A stretch of DNA of 64,000 nucleotides from Actinomycetota bacterium (GCA_020029595.1 JAIBJN010000002.1:844-64843), one strand, 5' to 3'; shown: positions 19,685 to 28,158, counted from the stretch's first letter. The notes: generated by a model from the sequence alone, not told the origin. Numbers and translations are program-made.

Positions 19685-20640
19685 GTGCGACGCTCTCGGA
19701 CGAGCTCGGTCAGCTTGGGGACGATCTGGTGGAGGTCGCCGACGACGCCGACGTCGGCGTACTCGAAGATGGGGGCGTTCGGATCCTTGTTGATGGCGAC
19801 GATCGTCCCGGAGGCCTGCATGCCGACCTTGTGCTGGATCGCGCCCGAGATCCCGCACGCGAAGTAGAGCTTCGGCGACACCGTCTTCCCGGTCTGCCCG
19901 ACCTGCGTCGCGTACGGGTACCAGCCCGCGTCGACGACCGCACGCGTCGCGGCGACGGCGCCGCCGAGCGCCTGCGCCAGCTCCTCGAGGAGCCCGAACT
20001 TGTCGGGCGACCCGAGCCCGCGCCCACCGGCGACGATGACGTCAGCGTCCTCGATCGAGGGCCCCTCGCTCTCCGCGTGCGCGCGCTCGAGCATGACGGC
20101 CTGCCGCGAGAAGTCCTGAGTCTGGACGGCGAGCTCCTCCACCTCGGCCTCACCGCCGCCCTCGACCGGCTCGAAGGTCCCGGAGCGGACGAGCGCGAGC
20201 CGCGGCTCCCCCTTCCAGCCGACGTCGGCGTAGACGGAATCCTGGAGCGCGGGCCGCCTCCCGACGAGCTTCCCGTCACGAACCTCGAGATCGACCAGGT
20301 CCCAGTTGAGTCCGGCAGGGAGACGGGCCGCGAGGCCAGCGGCGACGTCCGTCGCGAGCACGGAGGCTCCGAAGAGCACGGTGTCGAAGCCGCGCTCTCG
20401 AACGAGCGCCTCGAGGACGTCGACGCGCGGCTGCGGGAGCGGCGCAACGAGCGCAGGGTCGTCGGCGACGTAGACCCGCGCCGCCCCATAGCGCCCCGCC
20501 TGCGCGGCGAGTCCCTGCACCCCCGACCCGCAGACGACGGCGGCGACGTCGCCGCCGAGCTGCGCGGCCTTCGTGAGGACGCCGAGCGAGCCCTTGACGA
20601 GCTCACCCTCGTGGTCCTCCAGGTAGACGAGCGTCGGCAT
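19681..20640 (-). CDS. etfA: electron transfer flavoprotein subunit alpha
   Basis: 319 aa. ...VIVAGGRGLGSPDKF...VGQTGKTVSPKLYFACGISGAIQHKVGM...IVAINKDPNAPIF. Confidence 0.93.
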   Translation of the reverse strand: MPTLVYLEDHEGELVKGSLGVLTKAAQLGGDVAAVVCGSGVQGLAAQAGRYGAARVYVADDPALVAPLPQPRVDVLEALVRERGFDTVLFGASVLATDVAAGLAARLPAGLNWDLVDLEVRDGKLVGRRPALQDSVYADVGWKGEPRLALVRSGTFEPVEGGGEAEVEELAVQTQDFSRQAVMLERAHAESEGPSIEDADVIVAGGRGLGSPDKFGLLEELAQALGGAVAATRAVVDAGWYPYATQVGQTGKTVSPKLYFACGISGAIQHKVGMQASGTIVAINKDPNAPIFEYADVGVVGDLHQIVPKLTELVRERRT

Positions 20641-20653
20641 CAGCGAGCCACTC

Positions 20654-21433
20654 TCAGATCAGCTTCCTCTCCGTGAGGTACTCGACGACCTTCTCCGCCG
20701 CGGCGCCGTCTCCCTCGATCCGGACGGAGTCGCCGCGCGAGGGCGGGTCGGCGAGCGCGTAGACCTCGGTGCGGGAGCCGGCCTCCCCGATCTCGTCGGC
20801 GCCGAGGCCGAGGTCGGCGGCGTTGAGCGTCTCGTGCGGCTTCTTCTTCGCGCCCATGATCCCCTTGAGCGAGGGGTAGCGCGGCTCGTTGATCGCATCG
20901 GACACGGCCACGATGCACGGAAGCGGGGCCTCGATGAGGTCGTAGCCGTACTCGGTCTGGCGCTTCACGGCGACCTTGCCCTCGGCGAGCTCGAGGCTCG
21001 CCGCCTGCGAGACGACAGGTAGGCGGAGGAGGTCGGCGAGGGCCGACCAGAGGACGGCACCGTCGGAGTCGCCTCCCTGCTGGCCGAGGAGGATCAGATC
21101 GGGCTCCTCGCGCTCGACGGCCTTCGCCAGTGTGCGGGCGGTCGCCACGAGGTCGGAGCCTGCCAGCGCGTCGTCGGCGACATGGACGGCGCGGTCAGCC
21201 CCGATCGCGAGCGCCTTGCGCAGCGAATCGGCCGCGGGCAGCGGCGCCATCATGACGGCGACCACCTCGCCCTCTCCCGTCCGCTCCTTGATCCGAAGCG
21301 CCTCCTCGAGGGCGTGCGCGTCGAACGGGTTCAGCGTAGCGGCGCCGCCGCGGTCGAGCCTGAGGGTGCCCGGGTCGATCCGCGTGCGCGCGGACGCCTC
21401 CGGCACCTCCTTGACGCAGACGGCGAGCCTCAC
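20654..21433 (-). CDS. etfB: electron transfer flavoprotein subunit beta
   Basis: 259 aa. MRLAVCVKEVPE...LNPFDAHALEEALRIKE...LILLGQQGGDSDG. Confidence 0.93.
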   Translation of the reverse strand: MRLAVCVKEVPEASARTRIDPGTLRLDRGGAATLNPFDAHALEEALRIKERTGEGEVVAVMMAPLPAADSLRKALAIGADRAVHVADDALAGSDLVATARTLAKAVEREEPDLILLGQQGGDSDGAVLWSALADLLRLPVVSQAASLELAEGKVAVKRQTEYGYDLIEAPLPCIVAVSDAINEPRYPSLKGIMGAKKKPHETLNAADLGLGADEIGEAGSRTEVYALADPPSRGDSVRIEGDGAAAEKVVEYLTERKLI

Positions 21434-21556
21434 CGGTGCCGGATCCTATCGAGTGCCCCAAGCCGCCTCCGGCTCAAGTCTTTGCACCTTCCTGCCGAAG
21501 GCCTGTTAGTCTCCGCGCCTTCCAGGCGCCGCACCGGAGCGTCGGACCGCTCGAAC

Positions 21557-22447
21557 ATGAGCCGCCACCGGACGACAGCCGCAGCCCTTCTCGTCCTCCT
21601 CGCCGCGTGGGGCCTCTCGGGGACGGCGAGCGCCGCCGTGCCGAGGCTCGTTTTCCCGGTCGTCGCCGACACGTTCTACTTCGACGACTTCGGCGCTCCC
21701 CGTGGGAGCGGCCGGCACCAAGGCAACGACCTGGTGGCGGCGAAACGCTCCCCCGTCGTCGCCGTCGAGGCCGGCCGCGTGGTCAAGTGGACGTCCTCTC
21801 GGACGGCCGGGTGCATGCTCTACCTCCACGGGCGGAGCGGGACGGAGTACATGTACGTCCACCTGAACAACGACCGGACGCTTCGCAACGACAACGCCGG
21901 CGGCTGTAAGAACGGCATCGCCTACGCGCCGGGCCTGGTCTCGAACCAGCAGGTGCAGGCCGGCCAGCTCATCGCCTACGTCGGCGACTCGGGGGACGCG
22001 AACGGAATCGTCTCCCACCTCCACTTCGAGCTGCACCCGAACGGCGGAGCGGCCGCCTCGCCGTACAGGCGCCTGCGCGCCGCGTACAGGCACCTCTACC
22101 CGCGGCCGGCCGCAGCGGTCGAGACCCTTCGCATGCGCGTCCACGGGACGGTCGTGGCCGCGTTCCTCGACCTCGACCCCCAGCGGATCCGGATCCGCGT
22201 CACCCAGCTCCGCCTCTCGAATGGCTGGATCGTGAAGCCGAAGCGCGACGTCACGCTCTCGGTGCCCGTGGATGCCGCCCTCCGCCGTTCCGTCCCGGGG
22301 ACGCTCTCCGAGCCAACGACGATCGACAGGTTCACGCCGGGGAGTCGGGTGATCGTCTGGGCGAACGAGTTCCCGCAGGATCTTCTCTCCGCACGGGCGG
22401 CGCCCGGCCTCCATACGATCCGCGACATCCTTCTCCTGTCGGACTGA
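21557..22447 (+). CDS. secreted M23-family metallopeptidase
   Basis: From ATG 21557: MSRHRTTAAALLVLLAAWGLSGTASA (signal peptide) ...HQGNDLVA...YVGDSGDANGIVSHLHFELHPNGG (HxxxD / HxH M23 motifs). The track ORF start at 21182 overlaps etfB antisense. Confidence 0.85.
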   Translation: MSRHRTTAAALLVLLAAWGLSGTASAAVPRLVFPVVADTFYFDDFGAPRGSGRHQGNDLVAAKRSPVVAVEAGRVVKWTSSRTAGCMLYLHGRSGTEYMYVHLNNDRTLRNDNAGGCKNGIAYAPGLVSNQQVQAGQLIAYVGDSGDANGIVSHLHFELHPNGGAAASPYRRLRAAYRHLYPRPAAAVETLRMRVHGTVVAAFLDLDPQRIRIRVTQLRLSNGWIVKPKRDVTLSVPVDAALRRSVPGTLSEPTTIDRFTPGSRVIVWANEFPQDLLSARAAPGLHTIRDILLLSD

Positions 22448-22479
22448 CAGCGGTCCTGACGCCGAGCCGCCAGGTGGGC

Positions 22480-23115
22480 TCAGGCCCCGAGGGCGGCGCG
22501 GAGCGCTCGCGCCACCCGCTCGGGATCGCCCGCGTCGCCGATCGCGCGCACGACCGCGATCCGCCGTGCCCCCGCGGCGACGACATCGGCGACGTTCGTC
22601 CCGTCGATCCCGCCGACCGCGAACCAGGGAACCCGCGCGTGCGCCGCCGCGTAGCGGACGAGGTCGAGGCCGACCGCGGGGCGCCCCGGCTTCGTCGGCG
22701 TCGCGTGGACGGGCCCGACGCCGATGTAGTCGGCCTCGGCGCGAAGGAGCTCGTCCGGGGAGTGCGTCGAGAGGCCGACCGGGAGGCCGAAGCGACGCAC
22801 CGCCTCGACCGGAAGGTCGTCCTGGCCGACGTGGACGAAGTCCGCGCCGACGAGGACGGCGAGGTCGGGGCGGTCATTGACGACGAGGGGGACGCCCAGC
22901 CGCCGCGTGAGCTCGCGCGCCTCCTCGAGCGCCGTCAAGAGCCTCCCGTCGGAGAGCTCCTTCTCCCGCAGCTGCACCATGTCGACGCCGCCGCGCACGG
23001 CCGCCTCGAGGAACGCGGGCAGGTCCGGCCGCGAGCCGGTGATGAGGAAGAGGCGGGCCGAGCGGGCCGGCTCAGCCGCCGGCGACGGGCCGGGCGACGA
23101 CGAGGCTGTCGCCAT
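22480..23115 (-). CDS. thiE: thiamine-phosphate synthase
   Basis: 211 aa. ...VDMVQLREKELSD...PLVVNDRPDLA...ADFVHVGQDDLP...GVGPVHATPTKPG...FAVGGI. Confidence 0.9.
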   Translation of the reverse strand: MATASSSPGPSPAAEPARSARLFLITGSRPDLPAFLEAAVRGGVDMVQLREKELSDGRLLTALEEARELTRRLGVPLVVNDRPDLAVLVGADFVHVGQDDLPVEAVRRFGLPVGLSTHSPDELLRAEADYIGVGPVHATPTKPGRPAVGLDLVRYAAAHARVPWFAVGGIDGTNVADVVAAGARRIAVVRAIGDAGDPERVARALRAALGA

Positions 23116-23278
23116 CCTCGAGCCTCACCTCCGCGTAGCGCGCGCGCTCCACAGGCTCGCCGTTCCGCTCGACGAGCGCGTAGCGTGCGCCGACCCCGAG
23201 CCGCTCGAGGAGCGCCGCCAGCGTCTCCCCTCTCCCCACGGGCTGCTCGCGGCCGTTGACGACGACGTGCCCGCTCAC
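23072..23278 (-). CDS. thiS: sulfur-carrier protein ThiS
   Basis: 68 aa, ubiquitin-like, ending in ...VVARPVAGG (C-terminal GG). Lies between thiG and thiE. Confidence 0.85.
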   Translation of the reverse strand: MSGHVVVNGREQPVGRGETLAALLERLGVGARYALVERNGEPVERARYAEVRLEDGDSLVVARPVAGG

Positions 23279-24054
23279 GCCCCGTGGATCGCCCCCGCGA
23301 CCGGGCTGGAGGCCGCCGCGTCAGAGCCCTCCTCCATGATCCCCGCCCTGTGGGCTTCCCGCCCCGCCTCGACCGCGAGCCGGAAGGCCCGCGCCATCGC
23401 CACGGGGTCGCCCGCGCGCGCGATGGCCGTGTTCACGAGGACGGCGTCGGCGCCCATCTCCATCGCCTCCGCCGCGTGTGAGGGCGCGCCGAGCCCGGCG
23501 TCCACGACGAGCGGGACCTCGGCCTGCTCGACCATGATGCGGATCGCATCGCGGAGCTTGAGCCCGCGGCCGCTCCCGATCGGCGCGGCCAGCGGCATCA
23601 CCGTCGCGCACCCGACCTCCTCGAGCTTCTTCTGGAGCACGGGGTCGGGGAGCACGTAGGGGAGGACCGTGAAGTCCTCCTCCACGAGCTGCGCCGCGGC
23701 CCGGAGCGTCTCGACCGGGTCCGGCAGCAGGTAGCGGGGGTCCGGGATCACCTCGAGCTTGACCCAGTCCGGAAGGCCGCCCGCCCTGGCCAGCCGCGCT
23801 GACCGCACCGCCTCCTCGGCCGTCTCGCAGCCCGAGGTGTTCGGGAGGAGCAGGACGTCCTCCGGGAGGAAGGCCGTGATGTCCTCGCCCGGGGCGTCGA
23901 AGTCGATCCGGCGCACCGCGACGGTGACGATCTGCGAGCCCGAGGCGGCGAGCGCCTCCCGCATCGTCTCGAAGGTGTCGTATTTGCCGGTACCCGTCAG
24001 GAGCCGCGAGCGAAACTCGCGCCCGGCGATGACGAGTGGATCGTGAGTGTTCAA
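23275..24054 (-). CDS. thiG: thiazole synthase
   Basis: 259 aa. ...[10 protein letters not shown]...LLPNTSGC...VKLEVI...[17 protein letters not shown] start at 24054 directly behind the TPP aptamer. Confidence 0.95.
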   Translation of the reverse strand: MNTHDPLVIAGREFRSRLLTGTGKYDTFETMREALAASGSQIVTVAVRRIDFDAPGEDITAFLPEDVLLLPNTSGCETAEEAVRSARLARAGGLPDWVKLEVIPDPRYLLPDPVETLRAAAQLVEEDFTVLPYVLPDPVLQKKLEEVGCATVMPLAAPIGSGRGLKLRDAIRIMVEQAEVPLVVDAGLGAPSHAAEAMEMGADAVLVNTAIARAGDPVAMARAFRLAVEAGREAHRAGIMEEGSDAAASSPVAGAIHGA

Positions 24055-24056
24055 TC

Positions 24057-24137
24057 GAGTCCCTTCGCTGGCATGACCCAGATCAGGTGGTGGCGGTCGC
24101 AGCCTCGTGGCCGCCTCTCAGCCCCCGACAGGGGCTC
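24057..24137 (-). promoter_or_regulatory. TPP (THI-box) riboswitch controlling thiG-thiS-thiE
   Basis: The minus-strand RNA reads GAGCCCCUGUCGGGGGCUGAGAGGCGGCCACGAGGCUGCGACCGCCACCACCUGAUCUGGGUCAUGCCAGCGAAGGGACUC. It contains the invariant THI-element blocks CUGAGA, ACCUGAUCUGG, AUGCCAGCG and AGGGA in the right order and spacing. P3 is GGCGG...CCGCC. P1 is GAGcCCC/GGGaCUC. Confidence 0.9.
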
Positions 24138-24164
24138 CCGCTGGAACCAGGGTAGCAGCGGCCG

Positions 24165-25919
24165 TCACGGAGACGGCTCCGGCCGGAGCGAGAGCTCGAG
24201 GACGTAGGCGGCCATCACGTCCTCCTCCCCGAGCTCGAGATGCCAGGCGTCGGAGAGCTGCTCGACCCGGGCGATCTGGTCGCGGTTCTCGAGGAAGAGG
24301 TCGGAGAGGGGGAAGAATCCGAACTCGGCCACGCTTGCGTCGAGACCGAGCGACTCGACGAGCTCGGCCGTCCGGAGCTGGCTGAGGATCGAGAGCTGCA
24401 TGACGTAGGCCCGCCCGTCCTCGGTCAGAAGCCGCGGGAGGAGCCCCAGCAAGTGGTCGAGGAGGTTCCGGCCCCAGAAGTCGACCGGGCGGTGGCCGGT
24501 CGACTCCTCGAAGGGATCGACCGGCATCTGGTAGAGGCTCGCGACGACGACGTCGTAGCGCTCCTCGGGCTCGTACGTATAGAGGTCGACCTCGGCGCCG
24601 GTGACGCGCTCGGAGACGCCGTTGCGGAAGGCGTTCGCGAGAGCGTTCGCCACGGCTCGCCGCTGGATGTCGATCGCGTGGACGTGCTCGGCGCCGTCGA
24701 GCGCGAGCTGGACGGCCAGGAGCCCAGTGCCGCAGCCGACGTCGAGACAGCGCTTGCCCGCACCGATTCGTCCCCGCCAGAGGTGCTTCCAGAGGAGGAG
24801 GCTGCCGACCGTGGGGACGAAGACGCCCGGCTCGCAGACGATGTCCGGGAACGGCAGCGGGTAGAGCAGCCGTCCGTCCTCGTCGAGCCAGGGCTTCGGG
24901 GGCGAGGCCGGCTCGGCCGGCGCGGGCGGCGCCGCGGGAGGACCGCTCCGGGGCCGGCCGGGCTTCGTGCCCTCGAGCGCGCGGCGGGCGGCGGCGAGGT
25001 GTTCCGGCGAGGTGCCGCAGCAGCCGCCGACGATCTGGGCCCCCTCCTCCCGCCACTGCAGCGCCAGCTCCGCGTACTCGGCCGGGCCGACGCGCGTGTC
25101 GAAGCGCCAGCCCGCGTCCGAGTAGTAGCCGAGATTCGGATAGACGCCGAGGGGGAGGTCGACGAAGTCTCGGAGCCAGGGGAGCATCCCGGGAACGTGG
25201 TCGGGCGGGAGGCAGTTGATGAGGAGCGCGCTCGCGCCCACCTCCTCGAAAGTGCGCGCGGCACGGCCGAAGACGTCCCCCTCCGGCCCTCCCCAATGCT
25301 GGCCGTAGACGCCGCAGACGCCGTGGCGGCAGCGGCGAAAGGAGAGCCAGACGGGAAGCCCGGTCCCGATCACGAGCTCGACGCTCGGGACGGTGAGGCC
25401 CTCCCGGACGAGCGACATGGTCTCCATGAGCACGATGTCGGGCGGCTCCTCCTCGAGGACGCGCAGGAGGAGCTCGAGCGTCGAGTGTCGCGCGGGGCTG
25501 TCGATGTCCCCGTTGACGCTGAACGCGACCGCGCACGTCTCCGTCCGCCCGGCCTCCTCGACCGCCTGCCGCGCCAGGCGGATCCCGAGCCGCGCGATGT
25601 CCATCCAGTGCGTCGTGGCGCCGCGCCCGACGAGTCCGGCGGCCTCGAGCTCCGCCCCGGCGAGAATCGCCCAGGTGTTCGTGGAGATGACGTCGCAGCC
25701 GGCGTCAACGTAGCGGCGGTGGACGTCGAGCACCGAGTACGGGACGTCGTAGAGCGCCCCCGTACCCCAGAGGCCGCGGTCCGAGTCGCGGAGCTGGCCT
25801 GCGTGCTCGCGTCCGAGCTCGGTCGCGTTCCCGCCGTCGAGGATGACGGCAACGTCGTCGGAGATCAGCCGCTGAATCCGCTCGTAGGCGGGAGAGAGTC
25901 GCTCGACCCGCGTGACCAT
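24165..25919 (-). CDS. fusion protein: N-terminal homocysteine S-methyltransferase domain plus C-terminal class I SAM-dependent methyltransferase domain
   Basis: 584 aa. The N-terminal half has VILDGGNATEL, ISTNTW, LLINCLPP and IVGGCCGTSPEH (the Cys / Cys-Cys zinc ligands of Pfam S-methyl_trans). The C-terminal half has RCLDVGCGTGLLAVQLALDGA (SAM motif I) and YDVVVASLYQMP. Confidence 0.8.
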   Translation of the reverse strand: MVTRVERLSPAYERIQRLISDDVAVILDGGNATELGREHAGQLRDSDRGLWGTGALYDVPYSVLDVHRRYVDAGCDVISTNTWAILAGAELEAAGLVGRGATTHWMDIARLGIRLARQAVEEAGRTETCAVAFSVNGDIDSPARHSTLELLLRVLEEEPPDIVLMETMSLVREGLTVPSVELVIGTGLPVWLSFRRCRHGVCGVYGQHWGGPEGDVFGRAARTFEEVGASALLINCLPPDHVPGMLPWLRDFVDLPLGVYPNLGYYSDAGWRFDTRVGPAEYAELALQWREEGAQIVGGCCGTSPEHLAAARRALEGTKPGRPRSGPPAAPPAPAEPASPPKPWLDEDGRLLYPLPFPDIVCEPGVFVPTVGSLLLWKHLWRGRIGAGKRCLDVGCGTGLLAVQLALDGAEHVHAIDIQRRAVANALANAFRNGVSERVTGAEVDLYTYEPEERYDVVVASLYQMPVDPFEESTGHRPVDFWGRNLLDHLLGLLPRLLTEDGRAYVMQLSILSQLRTAELVESLGLDASVAEFGFFPLSDLFLENRDQIARVEQLSDAWHLELGEEDVMAAYVLELSLRPEPSP

Positions 25920-25927
25920 CGGCGCGG

Positions 25928-26701
25928 CTACCGCCCGCGGAACTCGGGCTGGCGCTTCTCCGCGAACGCTGCCATGCCCTCCTGCTGGTCCTCGCTCGCG
26001 AAGAGCATTGCGAAGAGTCGCGCCTCCGCGGCGAGATTCGCGCCGTGCTCCCCCTGGAGCGAGAGGTTGACGGCCTCCTTCGCGTAGGCGAGGGCGAGCG
26101 GGCTCTTCGCCGTCAGAGCCCGGCAGAGCTCGAGCGTCCTCTCACGGAGATCGCCCGGCTCGCAGACGGCGTTCACGAGGCCACGGTCGAGCGCCTCGGC
26201 CGCGTCCACCTGCCGGCCGGTGAGGACGAGCTCCTTGGCGAAGCCGAGGGTCGTCGTGCGCGCGAGCCTGAGCGACCCGCCCCAGCCGGGAAGGATGCCG
26301 AGGTTGATCTCCGGCTGCCCGAGCCGGGCGTTCGCGGACGCGAGGCGCAGGTCGCAGGCGAGCGCGAGCTCGCAACCGCCGCCGAGGGCGAAGCCGTTGA
26401 TCGCGGCGATCGTCGGCTTCGGCATCGTCTCGAGCAGCTCGCCGCAGGCGTGCCCGAGCTCCCCCCAACGGCGCGCCTCGAGGACGCCGAGGCTCTGCAT
26501 GTACTTGATGTCCGCGCCGGCGATGAAGGCTTTCTCGCCCGCCCCGGTAAGGACGACGACGCGCGCGTCCGCATCCTGGGCCAGCTCCGCGAGGCGGTCG
26601 CGCAGCGCCTCGGCGTGCTCGACGTCGAGGGCGTTCATCGCCTCGGGGCGGTTCACGGTGACGACGGCTGCGCCGTCATTGCGCTCCACGTCTATGGCCA
26701 C
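25928..26701 (-). CDS. enoyl-CoA hydratase/isomerase (crotonase) family protein
   Basis: From GTG 26701: [25 protein letters not shown]...VVVLTGAGEKAFIAGADIK...INGFALGGGCELALACD...LGILPGWGG. 257 aa. The rest of track ORF 25928..27889 is an artefact. Confidence 0.9.
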   Translation of the reverse strand: MAIDVERNDGAAVVTVNRPEAMNALDVEHAEALRDRLAELAQDADARVVVLTGAGEKAFIAGADIKYMQSLGVLEARRWGELGHACGELLETMPKPTIAAINGFALGGGCELALACDLRLASANARLGQPEINLGILPGWGGSLRLARTTTLGFAKELVLTGRQVDAAEALDRGLVNAVCEPGDLRERTLELCRALTAKSPLALAYAKEAVNLSLQGEHGANLAAEARLFAMLFASEDQQEGMAAFAEKRQPEFRGR

Positions 26702-27105
26702 TACGACGCCTCGACGGGGACGTGCGTCCGCAGGAACTCGACGATCTCGGAGACGGGCGAGCCCGGCGTGAAGACCTCGGCGACGCCCTGCTCCTTGAGC
26801 GCTGCGACGTCCTCGCGCGGGATCGTCCCGCCGACGACGACGAGCACGTCCTCGACCCCGTTCTCGCGGAGGCCGTCGAGGATCCGCGGCACGAGCGTCA
26901 TGTGCGCGCCGGAGAGGATCGAGATGCCGACGGCGTCGGCGTCCTCCTGGATTGCGGTCTCGACGATCTGCTCCGGCGTCTGGTGCAGGCCCGTGTAGAT
27001 GACCTCCATGCCGGCGTCCCGCAACGCTCGCGCGATGATCTTCGCCCCCCGGTCGTGACCGTCGAGTCCAGGCTTTGCGATCACGACCCGGATCTTCCTG
27101 GCCAT
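26701..27105 (-). CDS. methylmalonyl-CoA mutase-type cobalamin-binding subunit (stand-alone B12-binding domain)
   Basis: From ATG 27105: [28 protein letters not shown] (DxHxxG)...GISILSGAH (SxL)...[10 protein letters not shown] (GG). 134 aa. Its stop overlaps the next start (TAGTG). Confidence 0.88.
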   Translation of the reverse strand: MARKIRVVIAKPGLDGHDRGAKIIARALRDAGMEVIYTGLHQTPEQIVETAIQEDADAVGISILSGAHMTLVPRILDGLRENGVEDVLVVVGGTIPREDVAALKEQGVAEVFTPGSPVSEIVEFLRTHVPVEAS

Positions 27106-27118
27106 ACTGCGCCAGTAT
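27104..27118. repeat. perfect 6-3-6 inverted repeat ATACTGcgcCAGTAT filling the 13-bp gap between two divergent start codons
   Basis: 27103-27121 reads CATACTGCGCCAGTATATG. CAT is the minus-strand ATG of the B12-binding subunit and ATG 27119 is the MBL hydrolase start. It is AT-rich relative to its surroundings. Confidence 0.6.
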
Positions 27119-27829
27119 ATGGAGGTGCGCCTGACCGTCATCGGCTCCTCCCCCGCCTGGCCGAACCCGGGAAGCGCACAGTCCGGCTACCTCGTGGAGG
27201 GCGAGGGAGCGCTCCTCCTCGACTGCGGCCCGGGCGTGCTCGGGCGCCTCCGCGAGCTCGGGCTCTACCCGGGCGCGATCGCGATCACCCACTTCCACCT
27301 CGACCACTGGGGCGACCTGGTCTCCTGGGCGTGGCTGAACGCCTACGGCCCCCCGAAGCACCGCATCGACTGCGCGCTCTGGCTTCCGCCCGGCGGGAAG
27401 CACGAGCTCGCCGAGTTCGCGGCGCGCTGGGGAAACCAGGACATGTTCGAGAACGCCTTCGAGCTCCACGAGTTCGAGCCGGGCGTCGTGTTTCACACCG
27501 CGGGCTTCGACGTGGAGGCGTGCCGGCTCCCGCACTACGCGCTCACGTCCCACGGCTTCCGCGTGACGCACGACGGGAGGACGCTCGCCTACTCGGGCGA
27601 CTCGGCTCCGACAGAGGAGCTTGCCGGGCTCGCCCGCGGCGCCGACCTCTTCCTCTGCGAGGCGACGCTCGCCGACGCGGCGAACGACGGACCATTGCGG
27701 GGGCACCTCTCGGCGGAGGAGGCGCTCGCCGCCGCGGACGGCCCGATCCTCCTTACGCACCGGCCGATCGAGCTGCCCGCTCCCGACGGCGTGCCCGTGG
27801 CCCGCGACGGCCTGGTCGTCGAGATCTAG
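27119..27829 (+). CDS. MBL-fold metallo-hydrolase
   Basis: 236 aa. [18 protein letters not shown]...LLLDCGPG...[12 protein letters not shown] (HxHxDH)...SGDS. Confidence 0.85.
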   Translation: MEVRLTVIGSSPAWPNPGSAQSGYLVEGEGALLLDCGPGVLGRLRELGLYPGAIAITHFHLDHWGDLVSWAWLNAYGPPKHRIDCALWLPPGGKHELAEFAARWGNQDMFENAFELHEFEPGVVFHTAGFDVEACRLPHYALTSHGFRVTHDGRTLAYSGDSAPTEELAGLARGADLFLCEATLADAANDGPLRGHLSAEEALAAADGPILLTHRPIELPAPDGVPVARDGLVVEI

Positions 27830-27915
27830 GCTCCAAGATCGTCTACAGGCGGCAACGGTCCAGACCTTCGATGCCGGCGGGCAGTACACTCCGTTAACAC
27901 TCCTCCTGAAGTGTC

Positions 27916-28158
27916 ATGGCACGGCGGAGAGCCGAGAGAATCGACGACGTCACCCTCAAGATCCCGCGCCCCCTCTACGAGCGCCTCCGCCAGGTGATCG
28001 AGGGGACGGGATTCCATTCGGTGACCGAGTTCTGCGTCTACGTCCTCCGGGACCTCGCGGCGAGCCAGACGCCGACTCCGGACCACGACCGACTCACCAC
28101 CGAGGAAGTCGCGGCCATCCGCGGCCGGCTCCGGGCGCTCGGGTACCTGGAAGACTGA
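27916..28158 (+). CDS. ribbon-helix-helix (CopG-like) DNA-binding protein
   Basis: 80 aa. VTLKIPRPLYERLRQVIEGTGFHSVTEFCVYVLRDL fits a beta-strand/helix/helix RHH N-terminal domain. The C-terminal part is ...EEVAAIRGRLRALGYLED. Confidence 0.65.
   Translation: MARRRAERIDDVTLKIPRPLYERLRQVIEGTGFHSVTEFCVYVLRDLAASQTPTPDHDRLTTEEVAAIRGRLRALGYLED

Noticed and set aside
21482-21512. A possible sigma-70-type promoter for the M23 peptidase, TTGCAC-N19-TAGTCT.
   Set aside because: The spacing is at the upper limit and the hexamers are weak. It cannot be supported without transcript data, so it is not listed as a feature.
24165-27105. The stand-alone B12-binding protein plus the homocysteine-methyltransferase domain might be a split MetH-like cobalamin-dependent methionine synthase.
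   Set aside because: The B12 domain is of the methylmalonyl-CoA-mutase type by sequence ([15 protein letters not shown]..., no MetH-type cap helix bundle). No pterin-binding module is present, and a crotonase lies between the two genes. It is kept only as a remote possibility under the orphan-subunit finding.
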